A stretch of 63,635 bases of DNA, the filler included, from Octopus bimaculoides (taxonomy: Eukaryota), in the NCBI RefSeq assembly GCF_001194135.2. It is 6 parts of 5 records of this genome, joined end to end, with 100 filler letters (N's around TTAATTAATTAA, not from the genome) between each part and the next. Parts side by side here need not be neighbours in the genome. Positions count along the whole stretch, not along the records: positions 1 to 13,880 come from NC_068983.1; 5 more parts are not named here. The stretch is one strand, 5' to 3'. The position numbers were made by a program, and so were the translations under genes. The stretch's first letter is position 1; each line of letters starts with the position of its first letter. This document shows positions 1 to 13,464 of the stretch, piece by piece. The notes beneath the pieces are model-generated. The model had not been told where the DNA came from, did no database searches, and saw nothing but the letters and a program-made list of their open reading frames with translations.

Positions 1-1329
1 TATATATATATATATATATATATGTTTATATTTATATTTATATACATATAATTGTAATTGTAAGTTACATGTATCTAAGTGTAGGAAGTTTGTAAGCTTT
101 GAGCAGTCCACGGTGCGTATAAAAAACAATGTTCAGGAATAATAATAATTTATTGGCGTAGAAGATTGTATGTTTTTGTCATATTGATGTTCAATATTTG
201 CAAAATGTTTCTGTGTAGCTCATGGTTGAAAGTGCACCTTTGGTGACGAACTTAAGATTCAACCTTCATATAATTAAGATATCTTCAATCTAATGGGTAG
301 CTAGCAGCGTATCCTCATTGACTAATTATTATGTCAGAAGATCTGCTAGCTATGAAACATAAATAGCAAGAACTTCTCCTGTACTACACCCTCAAAGAAA
401 GAGAGAGAAGGAGAGAGAGAGAGGCCACAAGAGCAGAATAAACTTGGTACTCAACTAATGACAATATTTTCTGCTTTAAGTCTTCGAATTTCTTTTTAAA
501 ATGTTTTCAACAGAAGATTTTATGATTAAAAAAAAATATTTCCGATTTTTTATATTCACACCCTTTCTTCTCTGTTTCTCATATATATGAGAAAGGCGGT
601 GCTCCAGCATGGCCACAGTGAAATGACTGAAACAAGTAAAAGANNNNNNNNNNNNNNNNNNNNNNNNNNNNNNNNNNNNNNNNNNNNNNNNNNNNNNNNN
701 NNNNNNNNNNNNNNNNNNNNNNNNNNNNNNNNNNNNNNNNNNNNNNNNNNNNNNNNNNNNNNNNNNNNNNNNNNNNNNNNNNNNNNNNNNNNNNNNNNNN
801 NNNNNNNNNNNNNNNNNNNNNNNNNNNNNNNNNNNNNNNNNNNNNNNNNNNNNNNNNNNNNNNNNNNNNNNNNNNNNNNNNNNNNNNNNNNNNNNNNNNN
901 NNNNNNNNNNNNNNNNNNNNNNNNNNNNNNNNNNNNNNNNNNNNNNNNNNNNNNNNNNNNNNNNNNNNNNNNNNNNNNNNNAGACACACACACATAATGG
1001 CCAACAGTAAAGTTCATAAAAATATAACTGAAAGAAAATGTTAATTACCTTATTTCACTGATTCAGAATCTGAGGAAATACTTTTTTTTTATTATCAGTA
1101 TATCTTTTAATACAAGACAAATAATGAATGTATTGGAAATCATAATCTTTCACTTATATGCGTGTGTCTGTATGTGTGCATTTAAATTTTTGCCAAGTGA
1201 CTTTCTTTGATTTGACAAGAGTGAAGATGAGAGAGAGAGAGAGAGAGAGAGTGATAGAGAGACAGTTAACCAATATCTGAATAATTTATCAAAACTATAA
1301 AATATAAGAAATATACAAATTTCCATTTA

Positions 1330-1600
1330 AGCCATCTCTTTATCCATACCCAGAAATATTTCACACTGTTGGTACAAAAACTGCGGCAGAGTCCATAAAA
1401 TATTTTGAATGCTTAACTGTCCCATGAATATATTCATGTCAGGACTGCTTCCCATAATCTGATCACTCATCCAGAAAAGCCATTGTTCTTCTGTATGACA
1501 TTATCCAACATAACAGCTTCCAATGTCACAGAACTTTGAATTGGTATATACTTTAAGAGTCCTTTTTTGTGCGCAGAAAATCATCCAGTTCTAAAATCTT
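1330..1600 (-). mobile_element. Decayed Merlin (IS1016/ISXO2-like) transposase fragment
   Basis: Minus-strand frames with stops and frameshifts give KKGLLKYIPIQSSVTLEAVMLDNV, then FLDE*SDYGK, then HEYIHGTVKHSKYFMDS, resembling the Merlin pattern L-x-x-x-I-x-x-x-V...SD-x-W...H-x-TVNHS-x-x-F-V-D. Confidence 0.6.
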
Positions 1601-2094
1601 CAATAGCTGCATTCCTGACATATCCATTATTGACAGCTTAACACTCATACTAGTTTTAAGTTTTGGCACAAAGCCAGTAATTGTGGGTGGAAGGGAGTAA
1701 GTAGATCACATTGACGTCAGTGTTCAACTGGTACTTATTTTAGCCACTTCAAATGGATGAATGATAGAGTCGACTTCCGTGGAATTTGAATTCTGAATGT
1801 AAGGACTGAAGAAATGCCCATAAGCATTTTACCTGGCATGCTCAGCTTGTCACCTTCTTTAGCCTTCAAATTGCTCTGTCAAATGTAATACTTATGTAGT
1901 TGGTTGTTCGGACATGACTTGGTGGCAGTTTATACACAGACATTACTCCAATTGTACAATTGCTTCATGAAAAACAGAGCATCAAGTTATTAGAATGCTG
2001 TATATACAAGAGTTGAAATCTTCATGATTAAACTGATCTGTACATAGCTGCAAAAATGTGTGGTGTTGATTCTTCATCACATATGAATTGGTGT

Positions 2095-2459
2095 GGAGGC
2101 GCAATGGCCCAGTGGTTAAGGCAGCGGACTCGTGGTCATAGGATCGCGGTTTCGATTCCCAGACCGGGTGTTGTGAGTATTTATTGAGCGAAAACACCTA
2201 AAGCTCCCGAGGCTCCGGCAGGGGATGGTGGCGAACCCTGCTGTACACTTTCACCACAACTTCCTCTCACTCTTACTTCCTGTTTCTGTTGTGCCTGTAA
2301 TTCAAAGGGTCAGCCTTGTCACACCTTATGTCATGCTGAATATCCCCGAGAACTACGTTTAGGGTACACGTGTCTGTGGAGTGCTCAGCCACTTGCACGT
2401 TAATTTCACGAGCAGGCTGTTCCGTTGATCGGATCAACGGGAACCCTCAACGTCGTAAG
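2095..2459 (+). mobile_element. tRNA-derived SINE
   Basis: A box TGGCCCAGTGGTTAAGG and B box GGTTTCGATTCCC followed by about 290 nt of non-tRNA body; no tRNA 3' end. Confidence 0.75.
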
Positions 2460-3072
2460 TGCCAATAGTAACATATCTGAATTGGTGATTGGTTGTGAAA
2501 ATAGCTATTAGGAAAATCAAGCTGGTTTGAATATGTAGCTGTGATAACAGCTTGAGAGGAGAGCTTATCTAAGAATGAAGTGAGGTAAGTCCGAAATCTC
2601 TCTGGAATACTGCGCCAAATTTGGTTTCTCATAAAGCCATCAGTACAGAAATTTTCTAGAATTATCACATTCACACTTGATTCTCATTGGTTGAAAATAA
2701 GGTCTGCACACATGATAGGCACTCAGTTCACATGTGATTGAACATGAAAGTGAAAATGAAATCAACTGTTACACTTATTTTTCCGCATTGTTTTGAATTT
2801 ATCATGCATCATCTTGTGTTAAGATTCTTATAATATCATTGTTTACTTTTAGAAGAGCAGGTGTGAGAGGCTGAATCTGGCCAATTTGAACATAAAATAG
2901 GTAGGATATCTCAGCACAATACTGTTGGATTCAATGCTATAGGATTAAAAGAAATCTAAATAGAGGTTTCCTGGTGAAGATTCTATTTAAAATTTCCTGC
3001 AAAAATTGCAATACACTCAGTCTCTAAACCTAGTCTTGTCCTCTCTATCACCACAATTTCTGCCTGTTTCAT

Positions 3073-3107
<35 letters not shown>

Positions 3108-5334
3108 CCCCAGACTTTGTCTCTTTCACTTCTCTTTCTCTCCCCTCCTCTCTCTACCTTCTACCCCCACTTTCTGTTTCACACTGTTTTCTCCTTACAC
3201 TTTCTGTTTCTTTTCTCCTATTCTGTTTCTCTGCAGCTTTCACTCCTCTTTCCCACCTCTCCCTTTCCATCCTTTCTGTTTCTCTATCTCCTTCACTACT
3301 CTGTCTCTCTCTGTATCTCTACCTCAGTCTGTTTCTACCTCTATCACCACAGTCAATCTCTTCCAACCCCATTCCCTCTGTTTTCTCTATTTCTATTTCT
3401 ACCAATAGTATGACATTTTTGGGTTCTTAGGGCAATAAATAAATAAATACAATTAAAAAGAAAAAAGAAAAGTTATTATTATTATTATTACTACTAGAAG
3501 TATAATGTACAACGATTAAAACACAAACATGGAATAAATTTTTCACAAAAAATGCCACGAAATAAATTTACAGAAGTGAGGGAAGAGTAATTTTTTTTTT
3601 TTTGTATTTAGAATTGTAGGAATGTGATTCTCTTGCATTCCTATATTGAAATAGAGGAATGCCTTCCTCCCTCCTACCCCTAAGCAAAAACCTTATGGGT
3701 GGAGTGCTTAATCTGAAACTCTCCGCTAATATGATTAAATGGCAAATAAATAAGGAATACAATGAATTATTCTTTATGCAATCACCAAATATCCTAGAAA
3801 TAGCAGAAAAAACACACTCTACCATCTTTTAAAATAGCCTATAGATAACGATTTCAAACTTTGGCACAAGGGCAGCTATTACACGTATGGTGCTAGTTGA
3901 TTACATTGACCCTAGTGCTAAACTAGTACTTATTTTATCGACCCTGAAATGAAAGGTAGAGTTGACCCCAGTGGCATTTGAACTCAGAACGTAAAGACGG
4001 ACAAAATGCCACTAAGCATTTTGACTTGTGCAGCAACGATTTTACAAAAAAGAAAAGAAGCTATGAACGAAGATATATATNNNNNNNNNNNNNNNNNNNN
4101 NNNNNNNNNNNNNNNNNNNNNNNNNNNNNNNNNNNNNNNNNNNNNNNNNNNNNNNNNNNNNNNNNNNNNNNNNTATATATATTTGTGATAGAGATGCAGG
4201 ATCAGAATTAACGAGTTTGTAAATAAGAACGAAACATATTTTAGCACAATCTACTAGAAATAGCAGCCAAATCTCGTTAAAAGCAGGCCATATTGTCTTA
4301 AAGCAACTCCCCTCACATTCACTGGATACTGTAGTCTGAGGTGGACGATCCTATAAATTAGAACATCACTTTCACTTCTGTCAATGATGATTGACTAAAG
4401 CAGAATTCGTGTAGGGTTTGTATCGAAGAGTATTTATGCACATGAGATTTTGCCCAACAGAGTTTTGTCATATGGGCGTTTTGTACCAGGGAATGGAGTT
4501 CTGTCGGAAATTAAAAAAAAAATTAAAAAAACAAAACAAGTCATGCGAATAACAAATTCATCCTCTAGAGATATGACAATTACTATGTAGTGCTTCTCAT
4601 CCTGTTTTCTGGCAGCGCAACTCATTATCGTACGCCATGACTTTAGATCGTCGCATGAAACTGAATTCGTAGCTAGCTACTCTACTACAAACTGTAGATT
4701 CGCAGAAATATGGTAACGAGAGAAACATCTAAAATGTACAAGAATGAGGGTGTCATGAAGTTGTGTTCGCATATTTTGGAAACGAAGGAGTGAATCCACA
4801 AAATGTACTATCGAAACTGGATGTTAGCCTTCAGCACTTTCTATCTCTGTCGTAAAATTAGCAACTTCGATAAGTAAATAATTTTGTCGCTCTATAACAA
4901 TATTTGTGTTAGTTGTTAGTGACGGAAACAGTATTAGTACTAAACGACAATTCTTATAACCTGTTTAACGCAGAAATAATCTTAGAAAACCATAAAACTG
5001 CAGTATTTGTCCAGAGAAAGTATCTCGTTCAGACGTTGTTAAGAAAGCCATAAAACTGGGCTATTTGTCGTGTGGACACACCGTCGAGATGCAGCACTAC
5101 ACGTCTATACGAGTTGTTATTTTAGGACAAATAGTGCAGTTTTATGATATTCTTAAAGTATATTCAGGATAAGTGGGATATAAAGATTCCTATTCAATAT
5201 TTGTATAAATAAAAAAACAGTATATACACAAAGTAAATCAAAATGAACCAGTCTTTAAGAATTAATATCATTATATATAAATGCCAGTCAATGCATAATA
5301 CTTCAAGCTGTCTGTTAGTACGAAACATCGATAA

Positions 5335-5700
5335 TTCGTATGGACAAACGTCTATACAGTCAGTTGCAGTTAATCTCATTCGTCGTAGAGGAGCTTCTCG
5401 ACAGCATCTCTTCTCATTGCAAAGCGTACGGATGTCGACTGATTGTACGTTGGGAAGGATCAAGTTGTGCGGACAATGTACAAGTGCTTGTGCCTGGCTG
5501 TTCAGCCATTTCAAGCTTGACCTCCTCTTCCATAACAGATCTTGGTTTGTTTTCAGGGTTGATGTCACCTTACATGATACTTCTGAACCAGTGTTTTGTC
5601 ACACGTTCGTTGACAGTTCCAGGGCATTCTACATCATTTTTTTTTTACCGCTGCTCTTGCACCCACAGGGAGCGTAAAATGACTCTAATAGCAATTTTTT
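5335..5700 (-). mobile_element. Decayed mariner transposase N-terminal HTH fragment
   Basis: Minus strand reads IRVILRSLW...NDVECPGTVNERVTKHWFRSIM*GDINPENKPRS...EQPGTSTCTLSAQLDPSQRTISRH, matching the mariner bipartite HTH (TVxERxxxxWF, GDxxxEDxPRS, STxxLAxxL). Confidence 0.75.
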
Positions 5701-6225
5701 TACCACTCATATTCAAAGCAACAATTAATGTTTATATGTTGCATATGAAAATAAGAATAAACTATCCAGCAACGAATGGACAACAAGTTGTATCAAATTA
5801 TTGATACACCATTAATATTCAAATTGCCAAATACCATGTGAAAATCCGAAAAAAATTTTTGGCTTAATCTGATATAATATATCTGTCTCATAAAAATTCA
5901 CTGTTTTGCCAGAATGAAAAAAAAAAATTGTGACTTACCCTTTTTAAGACGGTTTTCAAAATGTTTGTGGAAGAATGGAATCTTGCTTTTTTAATCATTT
6001 CGATTAGATTACCCTAGAAACAACCTCGGGAGGAGGGGTAAATTTTACTTCTAAGCCCATAAATTTCGTGTTCAGGAGCAAATTGCAAAATTGTGGTAAA
6101 AAACTACGATTTCCAATGCATTTTCATTCTGACTTTTTTTCTCTCTCCCTGTTTGTTGTTTTAGCATGTTATTTAGTGGATGTGAGACTGAGTACTGGAA
6201 TATACTCGGAAAAAATTCCCACATA

Positions 6226-6495
6226 GGCGCAGGAGTGGCTGTGTAGTAAGAACTTTGCTTTCCAACCACAGAGTTCCGGACTCAGTCCCACTGCGTGTCA
6301 TCTTGGGCCGGTATCTTCTACTATAGCCTCGGGCTGACCAAAGCCTTGTGAGTAGATTCCGTAGACTGAAGCTGAAAGAAGCCCGTCGTATATGTATGCA
6401 TATATATATATATCCATGTCTGTATTTGTCCTCCCATCACCATTTGACAACTAGTGTTGGTGTGTTTACGCCCCTGTATCTTAGCGATACGGCAC
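6226..6495 (+). mobile_element. tRNA-derived SINE, family B (ggcgcaggagtggctgtg head)
   Basis: tRNA-like head plus central aaagccttgtgagt.gattt.gtagac..aactgaaagaagcccgtc block and internal TA microsatellite. Other copies or pieces near 590, 9685-10010, 27010-27170, 27580-27720 (minus), 33270-33370 and 56251-56645. Confidence 0.8.
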
Positions 6496-7652
6496 ATGAC
6501 TTCTATATGAATGAGGACTGGAACTGCACCAAATTTCTCCTCTATTGTTCCTTGTTCTTCTGAAGAATTTCGAAGCTTTTCTTAAATGATACAGCGCTAG
6601 CAGTCATGCAGAACTCACACTGAAACCAATTTTTGCTTCATGACTAAGCATGATGACTTAGCAATACAATCTAATCACCTCTGAATTTTTAATAAACTCT
6701 AAGAATTTATTGGAAGCCAAGAGTATTACACAACCTTGCCCATATTCAAAAAAGTTTTACCTAAGAATAAAAACATGGTTTCATGCATGAACTTTCTTAA
6801 AGATAGCTCAAAAGTGAGGTTCATTTTAGTTACTTACGCATAAAAGCTCATTTAAATGTTACATCTAAACATGTTTTTGAGTAGAAAAAAACTAAAGCGT
6901 TGTTTCCTTAGTATGCATGTTTATACATCTCGATATTGACGTTGTATTTCACTGACGATGAAGGATATGAATTGTCACATCTTATCACCATCATCTTTCC
7001 TCTCACTGTTTCCTTTTTCTTTCTTTCATTCTGTTTCTTTCTTTCTTTGTCTGTTTGTTGGCTTCTTTCTTTCCCTAATCACTTATCGTCTGCCTTTCTA
7101 CCATCTTTCCTTTCTATTTCGCGTTTCCATTGATATAGCATGTTTTTTTTTAAATTGTCTAAACACACACACACATACTCACAAATAAATACACACACAC
7201 AAACAAACACACACACACACACACATATATTTTCTCATTTCCATCTACTCAATGAGAACCAGAGTATTTTCAAGTTTTGCTTACGCTTCATATGTTATTC
7301 AACAGTCATATAAATATTCATTTATTTGAATATTTCGAATATTAAATTTTCGTACATTTTGCTTTCATCAAATGTTTATACCGTTATTAGCGGTCAAATA
7401 AAACTGTTCTTTGAACAAGTGACTTCGAGGAAATCGGAGTAACCCGAAATGTTAACCTAAGTACTACTGCTATTTGTGAAACAATATATAGACACATCCA
7501 AACATAAGCATGTATATATATATAAGCAATGTTAATTCTCTAAATGAAGTATTAACAGTAACTGCACGATAAAGTGTAGTATATTGCCACTTAAATGTGG
7601 CTGACCCCTAGGGGTGGATATATANNNNNNNNNNNNNNNNNNNNNNNNNNNN

Positions 7653-7718
<66 letters not shown>

Positions 7719-9684
7719 CACACGGAAAATGCATGTGTATATGTATGTATCTTAATTCGTTTCACGAATAAAAATGACAGTAATCAATATTTTTCTCGAT
7801 CTCGATGAGTGCTTGTGTGTGTGTGTGTGTGTGTGTGTTAATGGAACATACAAACTTTTCTATTTCCTGAGAAATAACGTTTCATGCTAAATAGAGAATT
7901 GTTCACATGGATATCATTCGATGACATCAGTCTGGAGAACGCTCTACTTAGCACAATTATATGCTGCACTTTAATAAATACATATGTATGCTAGTCTTCA
8001 CATCAAAGTGCGTATTTACGTGTATTTGTGCAAGTATAAATAAAGTCTCCAAAGTATCTGTAAAATATCAATATACTACTTACGCTCATAGCTGAGCTAA
8101 TGAAAGAGAAATGATGTTGTCCAGCTAAACTATCAGGTCTTCATGTTATGCGATGACATTTAGCTTGATCGTAAATGCTAGTTAACAAACTTTATAGTGT
8201 GTAGCACTTGATGTCTGGACAATACACAGGTCACACAGATACAAAATAATGCATATATACATATATGCACAAACACCCATAAGCTCACATACATTTCCGT
8301 AAAAAAACAAACAAACATAAATTCATACGCAGAATCTCATACTTTCGCATAAGGACACTGAGACATACCTAAGATTATACAAAGTAGTCAATACATATAC
8401 ACGCACACATAATCCCACAGTTATATAGATATACATATAAGATGGTACACGGCACTTATAATCACACATTTAAAGACACGAGCAGATAGTTCAATTCCCA
8501 AGATGAATGCAACATCAATCGCTATCTTACATATGAAAACATAAAAGCCTCTATTTCTTTGAATTCTGAGAGTATTTATCACTTAATGTTTTTTTCTAAG
8601 ATCTAAATGCACCAGTGTTAGTATGTATATATGTATAGTTGTGTGTATATATATATATACATACGCACACAGAGTTCTATTTATGTGCATGTGTGTCTGT
8701 GTTGCTGTTTAATGTTCGAAGTATAACGTATAAAATAAACGTATAATAGCTATCACAAAATAAATTAAATTAAAAGTAAAATATATTTAACTTGTCGTGA
8801 TCGATAAAGACTCACAAACATATATATATATTCATACACTCCCACACAGACACACAAATATGTATGCTCTCATAAAGACACGAATAAAGAGAGAGAGAGA
8901 GAGAGAGAGAGAACGTAAGGTAAGAATATACGCAATAGATCTATAGTATATATATATATATAGATATATAGATATACACATATGCACTATTTCCATTTAT
9001 ATGTGTGTTTGTGTGTGTGTGTACGCGTGTGCACATAGCATAAATACATGCACACGCATACACACAAATATAAGTTGGTTCTGTTAAATAAGGGAATGCA
9101 GTATTCACACATAAAATGTACTTTTCTTAGATTTCTTCTATTTTTAATCAAGTAATTTTCTCCAAAATATCCCCCAATATCACTCCTAATCTACCTGCAA
9201 ATATCACTTAAGAAAGCCGAACTCAACCGCAACACTATAACACATTCCACCCCAAATCTACCGTAATATCTGATTCAATTTTACACAACGCTGTTGAAAG
9301 CTAGCACTCAATCCATCCCAATACTAAAAAATATTTTTTCAAATATCATATTTGGAACCAAGTGATTGTTTGACTGTGGCAGTCAGAAACCACGAGAAAA
9401 GTGTTTCAAACGGAAAGAAATTAGAGAGAGAAGGCAAGAGATGAATGAAGAGTATGCAAGAGCTTTGGGCAAAACAGAATTTAACAAAACGGGGAAGCGT
9501 TTCTTTATGAGCGTGGATCTTGTGTGTGTGTTTAATATACATATGGGTTTTTGACAGTCTGTATGCATGACATATGTCTGTATGGAAACGTATGTTTGTG
9601 TCTATATATGTATGCTTATACACGCAAGTAAAATTCATGCAACAACAGAAAAAAAATGAATAGAATTATGTAAGTTAGTAAATA

Positions 9685-10010
9685 ATGCACGACATTTACT
9701 TTCCAACCATATAGTTCCGGGTTCACTCCTGCTGCCTAGCATCTTGGCCAAATGTCTTTCACTATAGTCTCGGGCGGACCAAGCCTTGTGAGTGGATTTG
9801 TTCGATGGAAACTGGAAGAAGGCCGTCACATCAATATATATCGATGTGTTCGTCTGTGTGTCTAGATTTGTCCTCCATTACCGCTTGACAATCGGTGTTA
9901 GTGAGTTTATGTCCCCGTAACTTAGCTTGTCTGCAAAAAGAAGACTAAAATCTTTCAAGGCAGTGCCTCAGCATAGCCACACTCTAAAGAGTGAAAGAAG
10001 TAAAAGATAA
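9685..10010 (+). mobile_element. SINE family B copy
   Basis: Same central block and 3' tail (cagcat.gcc.ca...aaagataaaa) as 6226 and 56251. Confidence 0.75.
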
Positions 10011-10992
10011 AAAAGAAAAGATAATTGAAAATAAATCCGCCAAATTAAAGGAAGTAGAACTAACATTTTGGATGATAATCTTTACCAAAGAGAAGTAAAA
10101 GAAATGAGATATGAACGACCTTTCGACATTTCAAACCTTATGTACATATACATACTTCACATATGTATGTGTGTGTGTGTGTGTGTATTTCAAGTAGGCT
10201 CGACCTGTTGGATGCATTCCACATTCAAGTTGGCTATACAGCAGAATCTAAATACAAATGATCTAAAATAGATCTGATCTAGAAAAAAACGCCTTCACTA
10301 AAGATGATCTGATAAAAATTGTAATTCATAAAATCATCGAGAAACAAGTATATCGGCTTCTACATTAGGAAAAAGTGTATATATTTAAGGAGATGGATGT
10401 AACTGAATATTTCTACTCCAGTGTTTCATTGGTCCCATATTTTTATCTGCTATGGAAGGGTAAAAACAATATTTACTACAGTAGACTTTGAACTAAAATC
10501 ACTTAAAAAATTAGTTAAGGATAAATATACCTGCCGTCCTTCCACCATTCTGCTTATTCATCACAACACTTTATTCAAGAATATCAATTTGTATCTTTGG
10601 TACTAAACAAGAAATTAAAGGAGAGGGGATAGTCGATTAAATCGACCCCAGCTTCAAACTAGCAAATCCGCTAGGACTGATACAAACTCGACCACAGCAT
10701 TATTTGAATTTTATCCGACGTTTCGACGATTCTGTTAATTTAGCACTCCAGTTGGAAACTTCTATATAGTCGTCTTATCGAATAGAAATATGAGGCAAAT
10801 CGCTCTCAAATCTTTCAAAACACACGTTGAATGATGTGATCTTGGGTTACTAGTATATAATAAATAAAATCAGGAAAGTTATTTTGAACATAAGTTTGTT
10901 TCCTTATGATAGGTAGGTCTAAACAAAAACGACAACAAAAATACCGATTTCTAACACAAATCCTAACCTTACCACCTGCACGCCCTCCCCAG

Positions 10993-11547
10993 TACGTATT
11001 GGGAATTGATTTCGATGAACCTTGCACATTGAGTGAAAGTGGTTCACCACATTGTTTTTAGCACAATCCAACTTCAACGGCAATTCTCTTGTCGTTTGAC
11101 GTGGATTTTCCTGAAGAAGTTGATTCAATCGCTCATCATTGAACTCAGTTGGCCGATCGGTGTGTGATCCTTGAAGTAAAAAAAATTCCCATTTTTGAAG
11201 CGCGAAACCAACGGCGGGCGGTACTTTGGGGCATTGCAACTTCTCCATATACAGCACAAATCTCACGAGCAGCTTCGGCGGGCTTAACACCTCGATTAAA
11301 TGCAAAAAGTATATGGTGTCGAACATGCTCAGTTTTGTACACTTGAGATTCCATTTTAATGATCTGAAAATACACAAAAATCAATAAAATGAAAAAATAA
11401 AAACCCACTATCTTGTAGAGCTAAAAATTCTCTTTCAAACAAAATCAAACATTTCCCAACGCGTTTTATTTCTGCGAGAATTTTTAAATTTGAAAAAAAA
11501 CAAACAAACAAAAACAAATGCTCGTAAATTATTCTCAACCCAATATA
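10993..11547 (-). mobile_element. Truncated mariner element (TIR plus transposase HTH region)
   Basis: MESQVYKTEHVRHHILFAFNRGVKPAEAAREICAVYGEVAMPQSTARRWF, frameshift, DRPTEFNDERLNQLLQENPRQTTREL. TA-flanked TIR-like end tatattgggttgagaataattt at 11525-11547. Confidence 0.85.
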
Positions 11548-11713
11548 ATCGAGTCATTCGAGAGAGCACATAACTGCTACCCTATTTTAAGGTCAAGGAG
11601 GACTGCAACAAGATTTGAGCTAAAAGCGTAAAAACATTTTGTTCAACAATGTATCGATTACAAAATTGTGTTGTGCTATTTATATCTGAGAATAATTCGT
11701 ATGGTTAGCTGAA

Positions 11714-11933
11714 TATTCTTTTCTACTCTAGTCACAAGGCCTGAAATTTTGGGGGGAGGGAGCCAGTCGATTTGATCGATGCCAGTTTGGAACTGATATT
11801 TAACTTATCGACGCCCAAAGGATGAAAAGGCAAAGTCGACCTCGGCGAAATTTGAACTCAGAACGTAAAGACAGACGAAATACTGCTAAACATTTCGCCC
11901 GGCGTGCCAACGTTCCTGACAGCTCATCGCCTT
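11714..11933 (-). mobile_element. SINE family A (ggcggcgagctggcag head) with 13-bp target-site duplication
   Basis: Near full copy; ttagctgaatatt at 11705-11717 and 11940-11952. Other family A copies near 1660-1840, 3855-4060, 10610-10740 and 35040-35190 (minus), and 31258-31350 and 37040-37150 (plus). Confidence 0.85.
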
Positions 11934-13220
11934 ATACATTTAGCTGAATATTGATATAGTTTCGTCGTTATAAGGCCTGGATCAGCAGAATCATTACAGG
12001 CCAGAAATAATGCTCTGTAGTACTTCGTTTTGATACGCGCCATCTGAGTTCAAGTCTTGCTGAGAAATTGATAAAATAAAGTACAAATCTATTTAATCGC
12101 TAACCACACCTCATAATTTTACTTCCTTCCTCCTATTTTCGAAATCACATTTCCGTCAATATATTTCTCAGTATTTACTATCTTAAATTCTGACTATATT
12201 GTTCTAAGATCTTATCCTATTTTTACTCATCATCATCCACAATATACGCCCAATCGGAAAAAAAATTTGCAGAAGAATTTGTCTTTGGGGTAGTTTAGCT
12301 TAATGGTCGATGCGTAATCACAGGGAAGTGAGTTCCAGTCTCATGGCTGGCCGCCGACAGATTTTTCTGCAAAATATGGATAGTTTATCTTGTTCATGCT
12401 ATATTATTTGCGTTATTCTGCGTTTGAGAATAACATTATTTCTTTATCTGTATCTTTCAATAGATCTCAACGCTTCTAAAGCAAACTCTGTCTGTTGACT
12501 TTCAACGCAAGTTGAATTTAACGTACGATAACATCAAATATATATATATTGTTGCTCTTATTAATTGCCAGATCTCCAATTTGTTAGTATTTTCGAACAC
12601 TTCTTGGACATTTTCACTGACCTTTTCCAGCGACCAATAATTTTTGCAGATTATTTGTCCTTATGTTTTGCTAAAAGCATCAATGTTTTTGTTTACTCAG
12701 TTCTTTTACAAGCCTCTACTCACTTTCAGTTTGGTCCAACATATACTGATTTGAAATTCTGTCCAGCTAATTCTTTGATTCTGCTATTATACCAAGTTTG
12801 AAAAGTTTATTTTTATCAGTCTTTAAAGACAGCAGCATTCAGATCCATCTGTTGTTATTGGAAATAGCAAAGTCTGCAATAATTCCACTTCGGTCTTTTT
12901 AAAACGATGGCGGCAGATTTTGCTGTTGAAATTCTTTTTAGCATTTTAATATTCAAAAGACTTATCGTCTACAAAGGCTCACTAAAACACACAAACTCAC
13001 ACGTACGGACACATTCACACGTAGAGACATACTCACACACATATGATATAATATAAAATAATATATCATGATATAACATAATGCATCTCTGATGGGTTGG
13101 GGTTCACTACAGCAATTTCACAGTTGTTCTTTATTGATGAACAAAACTATTACATCATGTAAAAAAATAGTTTTCTTAAGGTAAATTAAGATCTTCAAAG
13201 CATGTTATTGTTTATACTTC

Positions 13221-13464
13221 ACCACTCACGGAACGTTCCCTGGGTTGGATTTAGAACCTGTAGTCGACTGTGGAATATGTGCCATGAGTGTTCTTATGTG
13301 TGATTTCGCGTACACGTTGTGTATTTTGGTCAATGCTTGTGAGCGTATGCATAACTGGAGGGATAAATCCGTCTCGAATCTGTTAGTATTTTTCGAATAC
13401 TTCTTGGAATTTCACGGTCGACTACAGGTTCCAAATCCAACACAGGGAACGTTACGTGTGTGGT
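13221..13464. mobile_element. MITE-like element with 56-bp imperfect terminal inverted repeats
   Basis: 13221-13276 and the reverse complement of 13409-13464 match at about 50 of 56 positions; non-coding interior; no clear TSD. Confidence 0.7.

Noticed and set aside
2095-2165. tRNA-like sequences (also 16184-16250)
   Set aside because: A and B boxes are present but there is no complete cloverleaf or acceptor stem; they continue into SINE bodies.
3006-3413. 135-codon Leu/Ser/Phe-rich ORF
   Set aside because: Product of a degenerate CT-rich polypyrimidine tract; no family signal.
10295-10352. CTAAAGATGAT...ATCATCGAGAAACAAGTA, hammerhead-like
   Set aside because: Core, junction and stem I/III all deviate; too degenerate to call.
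12560-12800. Possible decayed GIY-YIG (KSVYVG) on the minus strand
   Set aside because: One short motif amid multiple stops and frameshifts; not supportable by eye.
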